Part shown: positions 11,502 through 25,494 of the stretch, one piece after another
Layout: every line of letters starts with the position of its first letter
Position numbering within the stretch: position 1 is the first letter of the stretch
DNA from: Octopus sinensis
Lineage: Eukaryota
Assembly: GCF_006345805.1 (NCBI RefSeq)
Contig: NW_021832129.1
Location: 1 to 63,625 of the forward strand
DNA length: 63,625 nt
Direction: 5' to 3'
Translations under genes and position numbers: made by a program
The notes under the pieces: model-generated
What the model was told of the DNA's origin: nothing
The model's database searches: none
The model's input: only the letters and a program-made list of their open reading frames with translations

Positions 11502-12909
11502 ATGGACTATGAGTCTCTAACAGACTTGTCCACGACAGATGAGGAACTGGAACAGGCAATTGCAGTGAAGCTGGATGGGAAAAGGCTGGAGATTTCGAGT
11601 CTTTATCAGACGTCTGCGTCTGAGAAGGAGCTAGAAATGGCAGCAAGGAAATTGGAAAAGAAGCTGAGTTATACTTATGCCGGTGTAACCAAGAAGCGGA
11701 AGAGAAAGGGGTCGACTTGGCCAAGCTACCAAGTTACCAGAAACACATGAAAAAGGAAGCGGTGAGGTGGAACTATCACCGACACCCAGGAGAAAAGAAT
11801 GGTATGATAAGAGGACCATTGTTTACAGGGTGTTTGCAAACGAAAGGAAGAGGGTAGAAGTTGTATCCATGGAATGGATAGAGGAAGCCCTGCGAAGAAC
11901 TGAGGAGGAAATAAATTTTCTGACTCGAGGATCCAAGTATGGACCGTAGTTGTGCACTTTAAAATGAATCTGCAGCGAGGAAGATGGCAGCGAAGGCGGT
12001 GAAGTCGGAAAAGTAACACTGTTACCTACGTATTTAAACCAGGAGGATTACACGAATAAGGTGGAGGGAGTGCCACCAAACGTGGAGGCAGAATGGATTG
12101 TGCGGCTGTGATCAGCGGCCACGAGGACGAAGTGGATATTCTCCATGCCTCGGTTAAGTCCGAGGGCTGGAGAGGCGTAACAGTGGAGCTGAACGTACAG
12201 GCAGAGACCGAGGTACTGGTGGACCTGACGGAAAGCATCAGACTGGGAGAAGTGATCATGAGAGTGTGGGTGGAGGGCAGGGCTCCACGTTGTTACAAGT
12301 GTGGCCTGAGGGGTCACATAAGAGCCTTCTGCCCTCCCCCAGGGAAAGAAATGGATCCCGAACCAGAGAGAGAGAAGCAGAAACCAGAGGAGAAGAGAAA
12401 CAGAGGAGAGAATACACAGAAATGGAAGGAAGCTGGAAGTAAGAGGAAGAGAAGAATACGTGGAAAAGAAAATAATATGGAACTCTCCAATCCACCCCAA
12501 AACCACCCACGCCCTCTGATCCCACCCTACCATGCAGACATTGAACCCACCCGCCTCCCCCCCAACAAGAAAACACAAAGAAAAAAAAGAATACACACAC
12601 ACAAGAGATTGAAAACGATATCAGGATGTACATTTGTACTATGACTGAACAGAAAGAAGTTAAAAGTCTAATGGAAGAGTATAAATGGTATGATGTTGGT
12701 GAGACTAGGTATGCTGTGATTGAAAAGAAGAACATAGGTGAGTTTATGGGGATGTGTGAAAGGAAGAATTGGGAGGTGAAAGATATAAGAATGAGCGATG
12801 AATTCGTGGAAAACATGGATGAGTATTTCGGAGTAAGAATGGATATGGAATTTATTCGTATTGGCAAAGAACATTCAGTGACTATGAAAAACAAAGGACA
12901 GGTAAGTGA
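11502..12909 (+). CDS. Element A unit 3 ORF1 (frameshifted as assembled)
   Basis: Fragments 11502-11750, 12093-12644 and 12626-12988. Knuckle CYKCGLRGHIRAFC at 12291-12332. Confidence 0.75.
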
Positions 12910-13254
12910 TGCTGACGGACGGGGCCGTTGGTATCGCTTTCATTTAATTCATTTTTTTCGTTTAACAATTCATGTTCATAAAGTTTAATTATAAGGTTAT
13001 ATGTCCCCATGTTTCTTAGTGTCCCTTTCTGTGTCGCCCCTAGTGGGTAATAAAGAATAAGAAAAACGTCACCACTTCGTTTGACGTCGGTTCGTGTTTT
13101 TACGCTCTGTAAAATCGGTAAAAAGACAAAAGCGTGGTTGTTGTTGTGAAATTTCTGAACGGCGTTGACGCGGTTTCGCGTTTCGCTCGTTCATCAGCGC
13201 GTTAACTTTTTTCTTGTTTTTTGCGGCCGTTTTCGGTCTGTCAGACAGAAGGAA

Positions 13255-14656
13255 ATGGAGTATGAGTCTCTAACAGACTTGTCCACGACAGATGAGGAAC
13301 TGGAACAGGCAATTGCAGTGAAGCTGATGGAGGAAAAGGCTGGAGTTTTCGAGTCTTTATCAGACTTGTCCTGAGAAGGAGCTAGAAATGGCAGCAAGGA
13401 AATTGGAAAAGAAGCTGAGTTATACTTATGCCGGTGTAACCAAGAAGGCGGAAGAGAAAGGGGTCGACTTGGCCAAGCTACCAAGTTACCAGAAACACAT
13501 GAAAAAGGAAAGCGGTGAGGTGGAACTATCACCGACACCCAGGAGAAAAGAATGGTATGATAAGAGGACCATTGTTTACAGGGTGTGCGCAAACGAAAGG
13601 AAGAGGGTAGAAGTTGTATCCATGGAATGGATAGAGGAAGCCCTGCGAAGAACTGAGGAGGAAATAAATTTTCTGACTCGAGGATCCAGTACGGGACCGT
13701 AGTTTTGCACTTTAAAAGTGAATCTGCAGCGAGGAAGATGGCAGCGAAGGCGGTGAAGTCGGAAAAGGTAACACTGTTACCGACGTATTTAAACAGGAGG
13801 ATTACACGAATAAGGGTGGAGGGAGTGCCACCAAACGTGGAGGCAGAATGGATTGTGGCGGCTGTGATCAGCGCCACGAGGACGAAGTGGATATTCTCCA
13901 TGCCTCGGTTAAGTCCGAGGGCTGGAGAGGCGTAACAGTGGAGCTGAACGTACGGCAGAGACCGAGGTACTGGTGGACCTGACGGAAAGCATCAGACTGG
14001 GAGAAGTGATCATGAGAGTGTGGGTGGAGGGCAGGGCTCCACGTTGTTACAAGTGTGGCCTGAGGGGTCACATAAGAGCCTTCTGCCCTCCCCCAGGGAA
14101 AGAAATGGATCCCGAACCAGAGAGAGAGAAGCAGAAACCAGAGGAGAAGGAAACAGAGGAAGAGAATACACAGAAATGGAAGAAGCTGGAAGTAAGAGGA
14201 AAGAAGAATACGTGGAAAAGAAAATAATATGGAACTGCAAATCCACCCCAAAACCACCCACGCCCTCTGAGTCCCACCCTATCCATGCAGACATTGAACC
14301 CACCCGCTCCCCCCCAACAAGAAAACAAAAGAAAAAAAAAATACACACACACAAGAGATTGAAATCGATATCAGGCCGTACATTTGTACTATGACTGAAC
14401 AGAAAGAAGTTAAAAGTCTAATGGAAGAGTATAAATGGTATGATGTTGGTGAGACTAGGTATGCTGTGATTGAAAAGAAGAACATAGGTGACTTTATGGT
14501 GATGTGTGAATGCGAGAATTGGGAGGTGAAAGATATAAGAATGAGCGATGAATTCGTGGAAAATATGATATATTCGGAGTAAGAATGGATATGGAATTTG
14601 TTCGTATTGGCAAGGAACATTCAAGTGACTATGAAAAACAAAGGACAGGTAAGTGA
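13255..14656 (+). CDS. Element A unit 4 ORF1 (frameshifted as assembled)
   Basis: Fragments 13388-13702, 13705-13935, 13973-14227 and 14391-14582 tile the consensus protein. Confidence 0.75.
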
Positions 14657-14994
14657 TGCTGACGGACGGGGCCGTTGGTATCGCTTTCATTTAATCATTT
14701 TTTCGTTTAACAATTCATGTTCATAAAGTTTAATTATAATGTTCTATGTCCCCATGTCTCTTAGGTGTCCCCTTCTGTGTCGCCCCTAGTGGGTAATAAA
14801 GAAATCAACCACTTTCGTTTGACGTCGGTCGTGTTTTTTTTACGCTCTGTAAAATTCGGTAAAAAAGAACAAAAAGCGTGGTTGTTGTTGTGGAAATTCT
14901 GAACGGCGTTGACGCGGTTTCGCGTTTCGCTCGTTCAGCGCGTTAAACTTTTTTCTGTTTTGGCGGCCGTTTTCGGTCTGTCAGACAGAAGGAA

Positions 14995-16398
14995 ATGGAC
15001 TATGAGTCTCTAACAGACTTGTCCACGACAGATGAGGAACTGGAACAGGCAATTGCAGTGAAGCTGATGGAGGAAAAGGCTGGAGTTTTCGAGTCTTTAT
15101 CAGACTTGTCTGAGAAGGAGCTAGAAATGGCAGCAAGGAAATTGGAAAAGAAGCTGAGTTATACTTATGCCGGTGTAACCAAGAAGCGAAGAGAAAGGGG
15201 TCGACTTGGCCAAGCTACCAAGTTACCAGAAACACATGAAAAAGGAAAGCGGTGAGGTGGAACTATCACCGACACCCAGGAGAAAAGAATGTATGATAAG
15301 AGGACCATTGTTTACAGGGTGTTGCGCAAACGAAAGGAAGAGGTAGAAGTTGTATCCATGGAATGGATAGAGGAAGCCCTGCGAAGAACTGAGGAGGAAA
15401 TAAATTTTCTGACTCGAGGATCCAAGTACGGGACCGAGTTGTGCACTTTAAAAGTGAATCTGCAGCGAGGAAGATGGCAGCGAAGGCGGTGAAGTCGGAA
15501 AAGGTAACACTGTTACCCGACGTATTAAAACAGGAGAATTACACGAATAAGGGTGAGGGAGTGCCACCAAACGTGGAGGCAGAATGGATTGTGGCGGCTG
15601 TGATCAGCGGCCACGAGGACGAAGTGGATATTCTCCATGCCTCGGTTAAGTCCGAGGGCTGGAGAGGCGTAACAGTGGAGCTGAACGTACAGGCAGAGAC
15701 CGAGTACTGGTGGACCTGACGAAAGCATCAGACTGGGAGAAGTGACATGAGAGTGTGGGTGGAGGGCAGGGCTCCACGTTGTTACAAGTGTGGCCTGAGG
15801 GGTCACATAAGAGCCTTCTGCCCTCCCCCAGGGAAAGAAATGGATCCCGAACCAGAGAGAGAGAAGCAGAAACCCAGAGAAAGGAAACAGAGGAAGAGAA
15901 TACACAGAAATGGAAGGAAGCTGGAAGTAAGAGGAGAGAAGAATACGTGGAAAAGAAAATAATATGGAACTCCAATCCACCCCAAAACCACCCACGTCCC
16001 TCTGAGTCCCACCCTATCCATGCAGACATTGAACCCACCCGCCCCCTCCCCCCCAACAAGAAAACAAAAGAAAAAAAAGAATACACACCCACACACAGAT
16101 TGAATCGATATATCAGGCCGTACATTTGTACTATGACTGAACAGAAAGAAGTTAAAAGTCTAATGGAAGAGTATAAATGGTATGATGTTGGTGAGACTAG
16201 GTATGCTGTGATTGAAAGAAGAACATAGGTGACTTTATGGTGATGTTTGAATGCGAGAATTGGGAGGTGAAAGATATAAGAATGAGCGATGAATTCGTGG
16301 AAAATATGGATGAGTATTTCGGAGTAAGAATGGATATGGAATTTGTTCGTATTGGCAAGAACATTCAAGTGACTATGAAAAACAAAGGACAGAAGTGA
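14995..16398 (+). CDS. Element A unit 5 ORF1 (frameshifted as assembled)
   Basis: Fragments 14995-15255, 15441-15719 and 15747-15962 tile the consensus protein. Confidence 0.75.
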
Positions 16399-16744
16399 TG
16401 CTGACGGACGGGGCCGTTGGTATCGCTTTCATTTAATCATTTTTTCGTTTAAAACAATTCATGTTCATAAAGTTTAATTATAATGTTATATGTCCCCATG
16501 TTTCTTAGTGTCCCTTTCTGTGTCGCCCCTAGTGGGTAATAAAGAAATAAGAAACGTCACCACTTCGTTTGACGTCGGTTGTGTTTTTTTTCGGCTCCTG
16601 AAAATTCGGTAAAAAGAACAAAAAGCGTGTTTGTTGTTGTGGAAATTCTGAACGGCGTTGACGCGGTTTCGCGTTTCGCTCGTTCAGCGCGTTAAACTTT
16701 TTTTTGTTTTTGGCGGCCGTTTTCGGTCTGTCAGACAGAAGGAA

Positions 16745-18146
16745 ATGGACTATGAGTCTCTAACAGACTTTCCACGACAGATGAGGAACTGGAACAGGCA
16801 ATTGCAGTGAAGCTGATGGAGGAAAAGGCTGGAGTTTTCGAGTCTTTATCAGACTTGTCTGAGAAGGACTAGAAATGGCAGCGAGGAATTTGGAAAAGAA
16901 GCTGAGTTATACTTATGCCGGTGTAACCAAGAAGGCGGAAGAGAAAGGGGTCGACTTGGCCAAGCTACCAAGTTACCAGAAACACATGAAAAAGGAAAGC
17001 GGTGATTGGAACTATCACCGACACCCAGGAGAAAAGAATGGTATGATAGAGGACCATTGTTTACAGGGTGTGCGCAAACGAAAGGAAGAGGGTAGAAGTT
17101 GTATCCATGGAATGGATAGAGGAAGCCCTGCGAAGAACTGAGGAGGAAATAAATTTTCTGACTCGAGGATCCAAGTACGGGACCGTAGTTGTGCACTTTA
17201 AAAGTGAATCTGCAGCGAGGAAGATGGCAGCGAAGGCGGTGAAGTCGGAAAAGGTAACACTGTTACCTACGTATTTAAACAGGAGGATTACACGAATAAG
17301 GGTGGAGGAGTGCCACCAAACGTGGAGGCAGAATGGATTGTGGCGGCTGTGATCAGCGGCCACGAGGACGAAGTGGATATTCTCCATGCCTCGGTTAAGT
17401 CCGAGGGCTGGAGAGGCGTAACAGTGGAGCTGAACGTACAGGCAGAGACCGAGGTACTGGTGGACCTGACGGAAAGCATCAGACTGGGAGAAGTGATCAT
17501 GAGAGTGTGGGTGGAGGGCAGGGCTCCACGTTGTTACAAGTGTGGCCTGAGGGGTCACATAAGAGCCTTCTGCCCTCCCCCAGGGAAAAGAATGGATCCC
17601 GAACCAGAGAGAGAGAGCAGAACAGAGAAGGAGAAGGAAACAGAGGAAGAGAATACACAGAAATGGAAGGAAGCTGGAAGTAAGAGGAAGAGAAGAATAC
17701 GTGGAAAAGAAAATAATATGGAACTCCAATCCACCCCAAAACCACCCACGCCCTCTGAGTCCCACCCTATCCATGCAGACATTGAACCCACCCGCTCCCC
17801 CCCCACAACAAAAAACAAAAGAAAAAAAGAATACACACACAAGAAGATTGAAATCGATATCAGGCCGTACTTTGTACTATGACTGAACAGAAAGAAGTTA
17901 AAAGTCTAATGGAAGAGTATAAATGGTATGATGTTTGTGAGACTAGGTATGCTGTGATTGAAAAGAAGAACATAGGTGACTTATGGTGATGTGTGAATGC
18001 GAGAATTGGGAGGTGAAAGATATAAGAATGAGCGATGAATTCGTGGAAAATATGGATGAGTATTTCGGAGTAAAATGGATATGGAATTTGTTCGTATTGG
18101 CAAGGAACATTCAAGTGACTATGAAAAACAAAGGACAGGTAAGTGA
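16745..18146 (+). CDS. Element A unit 6 ORF1 (frameshifted as assembled)
   Basis: Fragments 17068-17352 and 17310-17882 include the RRM-like region and the knuckle. Confidence 0.75.
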
Positions 18147-18493
18147 TGCTGACGGACGGGGCCGTTGGTATCGCTTTCATTTAATCATTTTTTCGTTTAA
18201 CAATTCATGTTCATAAAGTTTAATTATAATGTATATGTCCCCATGTTTCTTAGTGTCCCTTTCTGTGTCGCCCCTAGTGGGTAATAAAGAAATAAGAACG
18301 TCACCACTCGTTTGACGTCGTCGTTGTGTTTTTTTTCGGCTCCTGTAAAATTCGGTAAAAAAGAACAAAAAGCGGTGTTTTGTTGTTGTGGAAATTCTGA
18401 ACGGCGTTGACGCGGTTTCGCGTTTCGCTCGTTCAGCGCGTTAAACTTTTTTCTTTTGTTTGGCGGCCGTTTTCGGTCTGTCAGACAGAAGAA

Positions 18494-19899
18494 ATGGACT
18501 ATGAGTCTCTAACAGACTTGTCCACGACAGATGAGGAACTGGAACAGGCAATTGCAGTGAAGCTGATGGAGGAAAAGGCTGGAGTTTTCGAGTCTTTATC
18601 AGACTTGTCTGAGAAGGAGCTAGAAATGGCAGCAAGGAATTTAGAAGAGAAGCTGAGTTATACCTATGCCGGTGTAACCAAGAAGGCGGAAGAGAAAGGG
18701 GTCGACTTGGCCAAGCTACCAAGTTACCAGAAACACATGAAAAAGGAAAGCGGTGAGGTGGAACTGGCCCGACACCCAGGAGAAAAGAATGGTATGATAA
18801 GAGGACCATTGTTTACAGGTGTTTTCGCAAACGAAAGGAAGAGGGTAGAAGTTGTATCCATGGAATGGATAGAGGAAGCCCTGCGAAGAACTGAGGAGGA
18901 AATAAACTTTCTGACTCGAGGATCCAAGTATGGGACCGTAGTTGTGCATTTTAAAAGTGAATCTGCAGCGAGAAGATGGCGGCGAAGGCGGTGAAGTCGG
19001 AAAAGGTAACACTGTTACCTACGTATTTAAACAGGAGGATTACACGAATAAGGGTGGAGGGAGTGCCACCAAACGTGGAGGCAGAATGGATTGTGGCGGC
19101 TGTGATCAGCGGCCACGAGGACGAAGTAGATATTCTCCATGCCTCGGTAAGTCCGAGGGCTGGAGGCGTAACAGTGGAGCTGAACGTACAGGCAGAGACC
19201 GAGGTACTGGTGGACCTGACGGAAAGCATCAGACTGGAGAAAGTGATCATGAGAGTGTGGGTGGAGGGCAGGGCTCCACGTTGTTACAAGGTGGCCTGAG
19301 GGGTCACATAAGACCTTTCTGCCCTCCTCAGGGAAAGAAATGGATCCCGAACCAGAGAGAGAGAAGCAGAAACCAGAGGAGAAGGAAACAGAGGAAGAGA
19401 ATACACAGAAATGGAAGGAAGCTGGAAGTAAGATGAAGAAAGAATACGTGGAAAAAAAGAAATAATATGGAACTGCAATCCACCCCAAAACCACCCACGC
19501 CCTCTGAGTCCCACCCTATCCATGCAGACATTGAACCCACCCGCTCCCCCCCAACAAGAAAACAAAAGAAAAAAAAGAATACACACACAAGAGATTGAAA
19601 TCGATATCAGGCGAGTACATTTGTACTATTGACTGAACTGACGAAAGAAGTTAAAAGTCTAATGGAAGAGTATAAATGGTATGATGTTGGTGAGACTAGG
19701 TATGCTGTGATTGAAAAGAAGACATAGGTGACTTTATGGTGATGTTTGAATGCGAGAATTGGGAGGTGAAAGATATAAGAATGAGCGATGAATTCGTGGA
19801 AAATATGGATGAGTATTTCGGAGTAAGAATGGATATGGAATTTGTTCGTATTGGCAAGGAACATTCAAGTGACTATGAAAAACAAGGACAGGTAAGTGA
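18494..19899 (+). CDS. Element A unit 7 ORF1 (frameshifted as assembled)
   Basis: Fragments 18407-18994, 18976-19299 and 19736-19978. Confidence 0.75.
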
Positions 19900-20237
19900 T
19901 GCTGACGGACGGGGCCGTTGGTATCGCTTTCATTTTATCATTTTTTCGTTTAAAACAATTCATTTTCATAAAGTTTAATTATAATGTTCTATGTCCCCAT
20001 GTCTGTTGGTGTCCCCTTCTGTGTCGCCCCTAGTGGGTAATAAAGAAATCACCACTTCGTTTGACGTCGGTTGTGTTTTTTTTTTGGCTCCTGAAAATTC
20101 GGTAAAAAAGAACAAAAAGCGGTTGTTGTTGTGTTGGAATTCTGAACGGCGTTGACGCGGTTTCGCGTTTCGCTCGTTCAGCGCGTTAAACTTTTTTCTG
20201 TTTTGGCGGCCGTTTTCGGTCTGTCAGACGGAAGGAA

Positions 20238-21645
20238 ATGGACTATGAGTCTCTGACAGACTTGTCCACGACAGATGAGGAACTGGAACGGGCAATTGCA
20301 GTGAAGCTGATGGAGGAAAAGGCTGGAGTTTTCGAGTCTTTATCAGACTCGCCTACGTCTGAGAAGGAGCTAGAAATGGCAGCGAGGAATTTGGAAAAGA
20401 AGCTGAGTTATACTTATGCCGGTGTAACCAAGAAGGCGGAAGAGAAAGGGGTCGACTTGGCCAAGCTACCATTTACCAGAAACACATGAAAAAGAAAGCG
20501 GTGAGGTGGAACTATCACCGACACCCAGGAGAAAAGAATGGTATGATAAGAGGACCATTGTTTACAGGGTGTGCGCAAACGAAAGGAAGAGGGTAAGAAG
20601 TTGTATCCATGGAATGGATAGAGGAAGCCCTGCGAAGAACTGAGGAGGAAATAAATTTTCTGACTCGAGATCCAAGTACGGGACCGTAGTTGTGCACTTT
20701 AAAAGTGAATCTGCAGCGAGGAAGATGGCAGCGAAGGCGGTGAAGTCGGAAAAGGTACACTGTTACCTACGTATTTAAACAGGAGGATTACACGAATAAG
20801 GGTGGAGGGAGTGCCACCAAACGTGGAGGCAGAATGGATTGTGGCGGCTGTGATCAGCGGCCACGAGGACGAAGTGGATATTCTCCATGCCTCGGTTAAG
20901 TCCGAGGGCTGGAGGGCGTAACAGTGGAGCTGAACGTACAGGCAGAGACCGAGGTACTGGTGGACCTGACGGAAAGCATCAGACTGGGAGAAGTGATCAT
21001 GAGAGTGTGTGGAGGGCAGTGCTCCACGTTGTTACAAGTGTGTGGCCTGAGGGGTCACATAAGAGCCTTCTGCCCTCCCCCAGGGAAGAAATGGATCCCG
21101 AACCAGAAGAGAGAAGCAGAAACCAGAGGAGAAGGAAACAGAGGAAGATACACAGAAATGGAAGGAAGCTGGAAGTAAGAGGAAGAGAAGAATACGTGGA
21201 AAAGAAATATATGGAACTCCAATCCACCCCAAAACCAAACCACCCACGCCCTCTGAGTCCCACCCTATCCATGCAGACATTGAACCCACCCGCTCCCCCC
21301 CAACAAGAAAACAAAGAAAAAAAAGAATACACACACACAAAGATTGAAATCGATATCAGGCCGTACATTTGTACTATGACTGAACAGAAAGAAGTTAAAA
21401 GTCTAATGGAAGAGTATAAATGGTATGATGTTGGTGAGACTAGGTATGCTGTGATTGAAAAGAAGAACATAGGTGACTTTATGGTGATGTGTGAATGCGA
21501 GAATTGGGAGGTGAAAGATATAAGAATGAGCGATGAATTCGTGGAAAATATGGATGAGTATTTCGGAGTAAGAATGGATATGGAATTTGTTCGTATTGGC
21601 AAGGAACATTCAAGTGACTATGAAAAACAAAGGACAGGTAAGTGA
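20238..21645 (+). CDS. Element A unit 8 ORF1 (frameshifted as assembled)
   Basis: Fragments 20238-20489 and 20887-21645. The latter reads through the linker into the C-terminal MTEQKEV...RTGK domain. Confidence 0.75.
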
Positions 21646-21989
21646 TGCTGACGGACGGGGCCGTTGGTATCGCTTTCATTTAATCATTTTTTCGTTTAAC
21701 AATTCATGTTCATAAAGTTTAATTATAATGTTATATGTCCCCATGTTTCTTAGTGTGTCCCTTTCTGTGTCGCCCCTAGTGGGTAATAAGAAATAAGAAA
21801 CGTCACCACTTCGTTTGACGTCGTTGTGTTTTTTTTCGGCTCCTGAAAATTCGGTAAAAAAGAACAAAAAGCGGTTTTGTTGTTGTGGAAATTCTGAACG
21901 GCGTTGACGCGGTTTCGCGTTTCGCTCGTTCAGCGCGTTAAACTTTTTTCTGTTTTGGCGGCCGTTTTCGGTCTGTCAGACAGAAGGAA

Positions 21990-23397
21990 ATGGACTATGA
22001 GTCTCTAACAGACTTGTCCCCGACAGATGAGGAACTGGAACGGCAATTGCAGTGAAGCTGATGGAGGAAAAGGCTGGAGTTTTCGAGTCTTTATCAGACT
22101 CGCCTACGTCTGAGAAGGAGCTAAGAAATGGCAGCGAGGAATTTGGAAAAGAAGCTGAGTTATACTTATGCCGGTGTAACCAAGAAGGCGGAAGAGAAAG
22201 GGGTCGACTTGGCCAAGCTACCAAGTTACCAGAAACACATGAAAAAGAAAGCGGTGAGGTGGAACTATCACCGACACCCAGGAGAAAAGAATGGTATGAT
22301 AAGAGGACCATTGTTTACAGGGTGTGCGCAAACGAAAGGAAGAGGGTAGAAGTTGTATCCATGGAATGGATAGAGGAAGCCCTGCGAAGAACTGAGGAGG
22401 AAATAAATTTTCTGACTCGAGATCCAAGTACGGGACCGTAGTTGTGCACTTTAAAAGTGAATCTGCAGCGAGGAAGATGGCAGCGAAGGCGGTGAAGTCG
22501 GAAAAGGTAACACTGTTACCTACGTATTTAAACAGGAGGATTACACGAATAAGGGTGGAGGGAGTGCCACCAAACGTGGAGCAGAATGGATTGTGGCGGC
22601 TGTGATCAGCGGCCACGAGGACGAAGTGGATATTCTCCATGCCTCGGTTAAGTCCGAGGGCTGGAGAGGCGTAACAGTGGAGCTGAACGTACAGGCAGAG
22701 ACCGAGGTACTGGTGGACCTGACGGAAAGCATCAGACTGGGAGAAGTGATCATGAGAGTGTGGGTGGAGGGCAGGGCTCCACGTTGTTACAAGTGTGGCC
22801 TGAGGGGTCACATAAGAGCCTTCTGCCCTCCCCCAGGGAAAGAAATGGATCCCGAACCAGAGAGAGAGAAGCAGAAACCAGAGGAGAAGGAACAGAGGAA
22901 GAGAATACACAGAAATGGAAGGAGCTGGAAGTAAGAGGAAGAGAAGAATACGTGGAAAAGAAAATAATATGGAACTCCAATCCACCCCAAAACCACCCCG
23001 CCCTCTGAGTCCCACCCTACCCATGCAGACATTGAACCCACACCCGCTCCCCCCCAACAAGAAAACAAAAGAAAAAAAGAATACACCACACAAGAGATTG
23101 AATCGATATCAGGCCGTACTTTTGTACTATGACTGAACAGAAAGAAGTTAAAAGTCTAATGGAAGAGTATAAATGGTATGATGTTGGTGAGACTAGTATG
23201 CTGTGATTGAAAAGAAGAACATAGGTGACTTTTATGTGATGTGTGAATGCGAGAATTGGGAGGTGAAAGATATAAGAATGAGCGATGAATTCGTGGAAAA
23301 TATGGATGAGTATTTCGGAGTAAGAATGGATATGGAATTTGTTCGTATTGGCAAGGAACATTCAAGTGACTATGAAAAACAAAGGACAGGTAAGTGA
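21990..23397 (+). CDS. Element A unit 9 ORF1 (frameshifted as assembled)
   Basis: Fragments 22128-22349, 22593-22934 and 23203-23397. Confidence 0.75.
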
Positions 23398-23741
23398 TGC
23401 TGACGGACGGGGCCGTTGGTATCGCTTTCATTTAATCATTTTTTCGTTTAACAATTCATGTTCATAAAGTTTAATTATAATGTTATATGTCCCCATGTTT
23501 CTTAGTGTCCCTTTCTGTGTCGCCCCTAGTGGGTAATAAAGAAATAAGAAACGTCACCACTTCGTTTGACGTCGGTTGTGTTTTTTTCGGCTCCTGAAAA
23601 TTCGGTAAAAAAACAAAAAAAAGCGGTGTTGTTGTTGTGGAAATTCTGAACGGCGTTGACGCGGTTTCGCGTTTCGCTCGTTCAGCGCGTTAAACTTTTT
23701 TCTGTTTTGGCGGCCGTTTTCGGTCTGTCAGACGGAAGGAA

Positions 23742-25151
23742 ATGGACTATGAGTCTCTGACAGACTTGTCCACGACAGATGAGGAACTGGAACGGGCAAT
23801 TGCAGTGAAGCTGATGGAGGAAAAGGCTGGAGTTTTCGAGTCTTTATCAGACTCGCCTACGTCTGAGAAGGAGCTAGAAATGGCAGCGAGGAATTTGGAA
23901 AAGAAGCTGAGTTATACTTATGCCGGTGTAACCAAGAAGGCGGAAGAGAAAGGGGTCGACTTGGCCAAGCTACCAAGTTACCAGAAACACATGAAAAAGG
24001 AAAGCGGTGAGGTGGAACTATCACCGACACCCAGGAGAAAAGAATGGTATGATAAGAGGACCATTGTTTACAGGGTGTGCGCAAACGAAAGGAAGAGGGT
24101 AGAAGTTGTATCCATGGAATGGATAGAGGAAGCCCTGCGAAGAACTGAGGAGGAAATAAATTTTCTGACTCGAGGATCCAAGTACGGGACCGTAGTTGTG
24201 CATTTTAAAAGTGAATCTGCAGCGAGGAAGATGGCAGCGAAGGCGGTGAAGTCGGAAAAGGTAACACTGTTACCTACGTATTTAAACAGGAGGATTACAC
24301 GAATAAGGGTGGAGGGAGTGCCACCAAACGTGGAGGCAGAATGGATTGTGGCGGCTGTGATCAGCGGCCACGAGGACGAAGTGGATATTCTCCATGCCTC
24401 GGTTAAGTCCGAGGGCTGGAGAGGCGTAACAGTGGAGCTGAACGTACAGGCAGAGACCGAGGTACTGGTGGACCTGACGGAAGCATCAGACTGGAGAAGT
24501 GATCATGAGAGTGTGGGTGGAGGGCAGGGCTCCACGTTGTTACAAGTGTGGCCTGAGGGGTCACATAGAGCCTTCTGCCCTCCCCCAGGGAAAGAAATGG
24601 ATCCCGAACCAGAGAGAGAGAAGCAGAAACCAGAGGAGAAGGAACAGAGGAAGAGAATACACAGAAATGGAAGGAAGCTGGAAGTAAGAGAAGAGAAGAA
24701 TACGTGGAAAAGAAAATAATATGGAACTGCAATCCACCCCAAAACCACCACCACACGCCCTCTGAGTCCCACCCTATCCATGCAGACATTGAACCCACCC
24801 GCTCCCCCCCAACAAGAAAACAAAAGAAAAAAAAGAATACACACACACAAGAGATTGAATCGATATCAGGCCGTACATTTGTACTATGACTGAACAGAAG
24901 AAGTTAAAAGTCTAATGGAAGAGTATAAATGGTATGATGTTGGTGAGACTAGGTATGCTGTGATTGAAAAAAGAACATAGGTGACTTTATGGTGATGTGT
25001 GAATGCGAGAATTGGAGGTGAAAGATATAAGAATGAGCGATGAATTCGTGGAAAATATGGATGAGTATTTCGGAGTAAGAATGGATATGGAATTTGTTCG
25101 TATTGGCAAGGAACATTCAAGTGACTATGAAAAACAAAGGACAGTAAGTGA
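23742..25151 (+). CDS. Element A unit 10 ORF1 (longest open stretch, about 245 codons in the consensus frame from the ATG)
   Basis: ORF 23742-24719 follows the consensus from MDYESLTDLS to ...VLVDLTE before shifting frame. Confidence 0.8.
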
Positions 25152-25494
25152 TGCTGACGGACGGGGCCGTTGGTATCGCTTTCATTTAATCATTTTTTCG
25201 TTTAACAATTCATGTTCATAAAGTTTAATTATAATGTTATATGTCCCCATGTTTCTTAGTGTCCCTTTCTGTGTCGCCCCTAGTGGGTAATAAAGAAATA
25301 AGAAACGTCACCACTTCGTTTGACGTCGGTTGTGTTTTTTTCGGCTCCTGAAAATTCGGTAAAAAAGAAAACAAAAGCGTGGTTGTTGTTGTGGAAATTC
25401 TGAACGGCGTTGACGCGGTTTCGCGTTTCGCTCGTTCAGCGCGTTAACTTTTTTCTGTTTTGGCGGCCGTTTTCGGTCTGTCAGACAGAAGGAA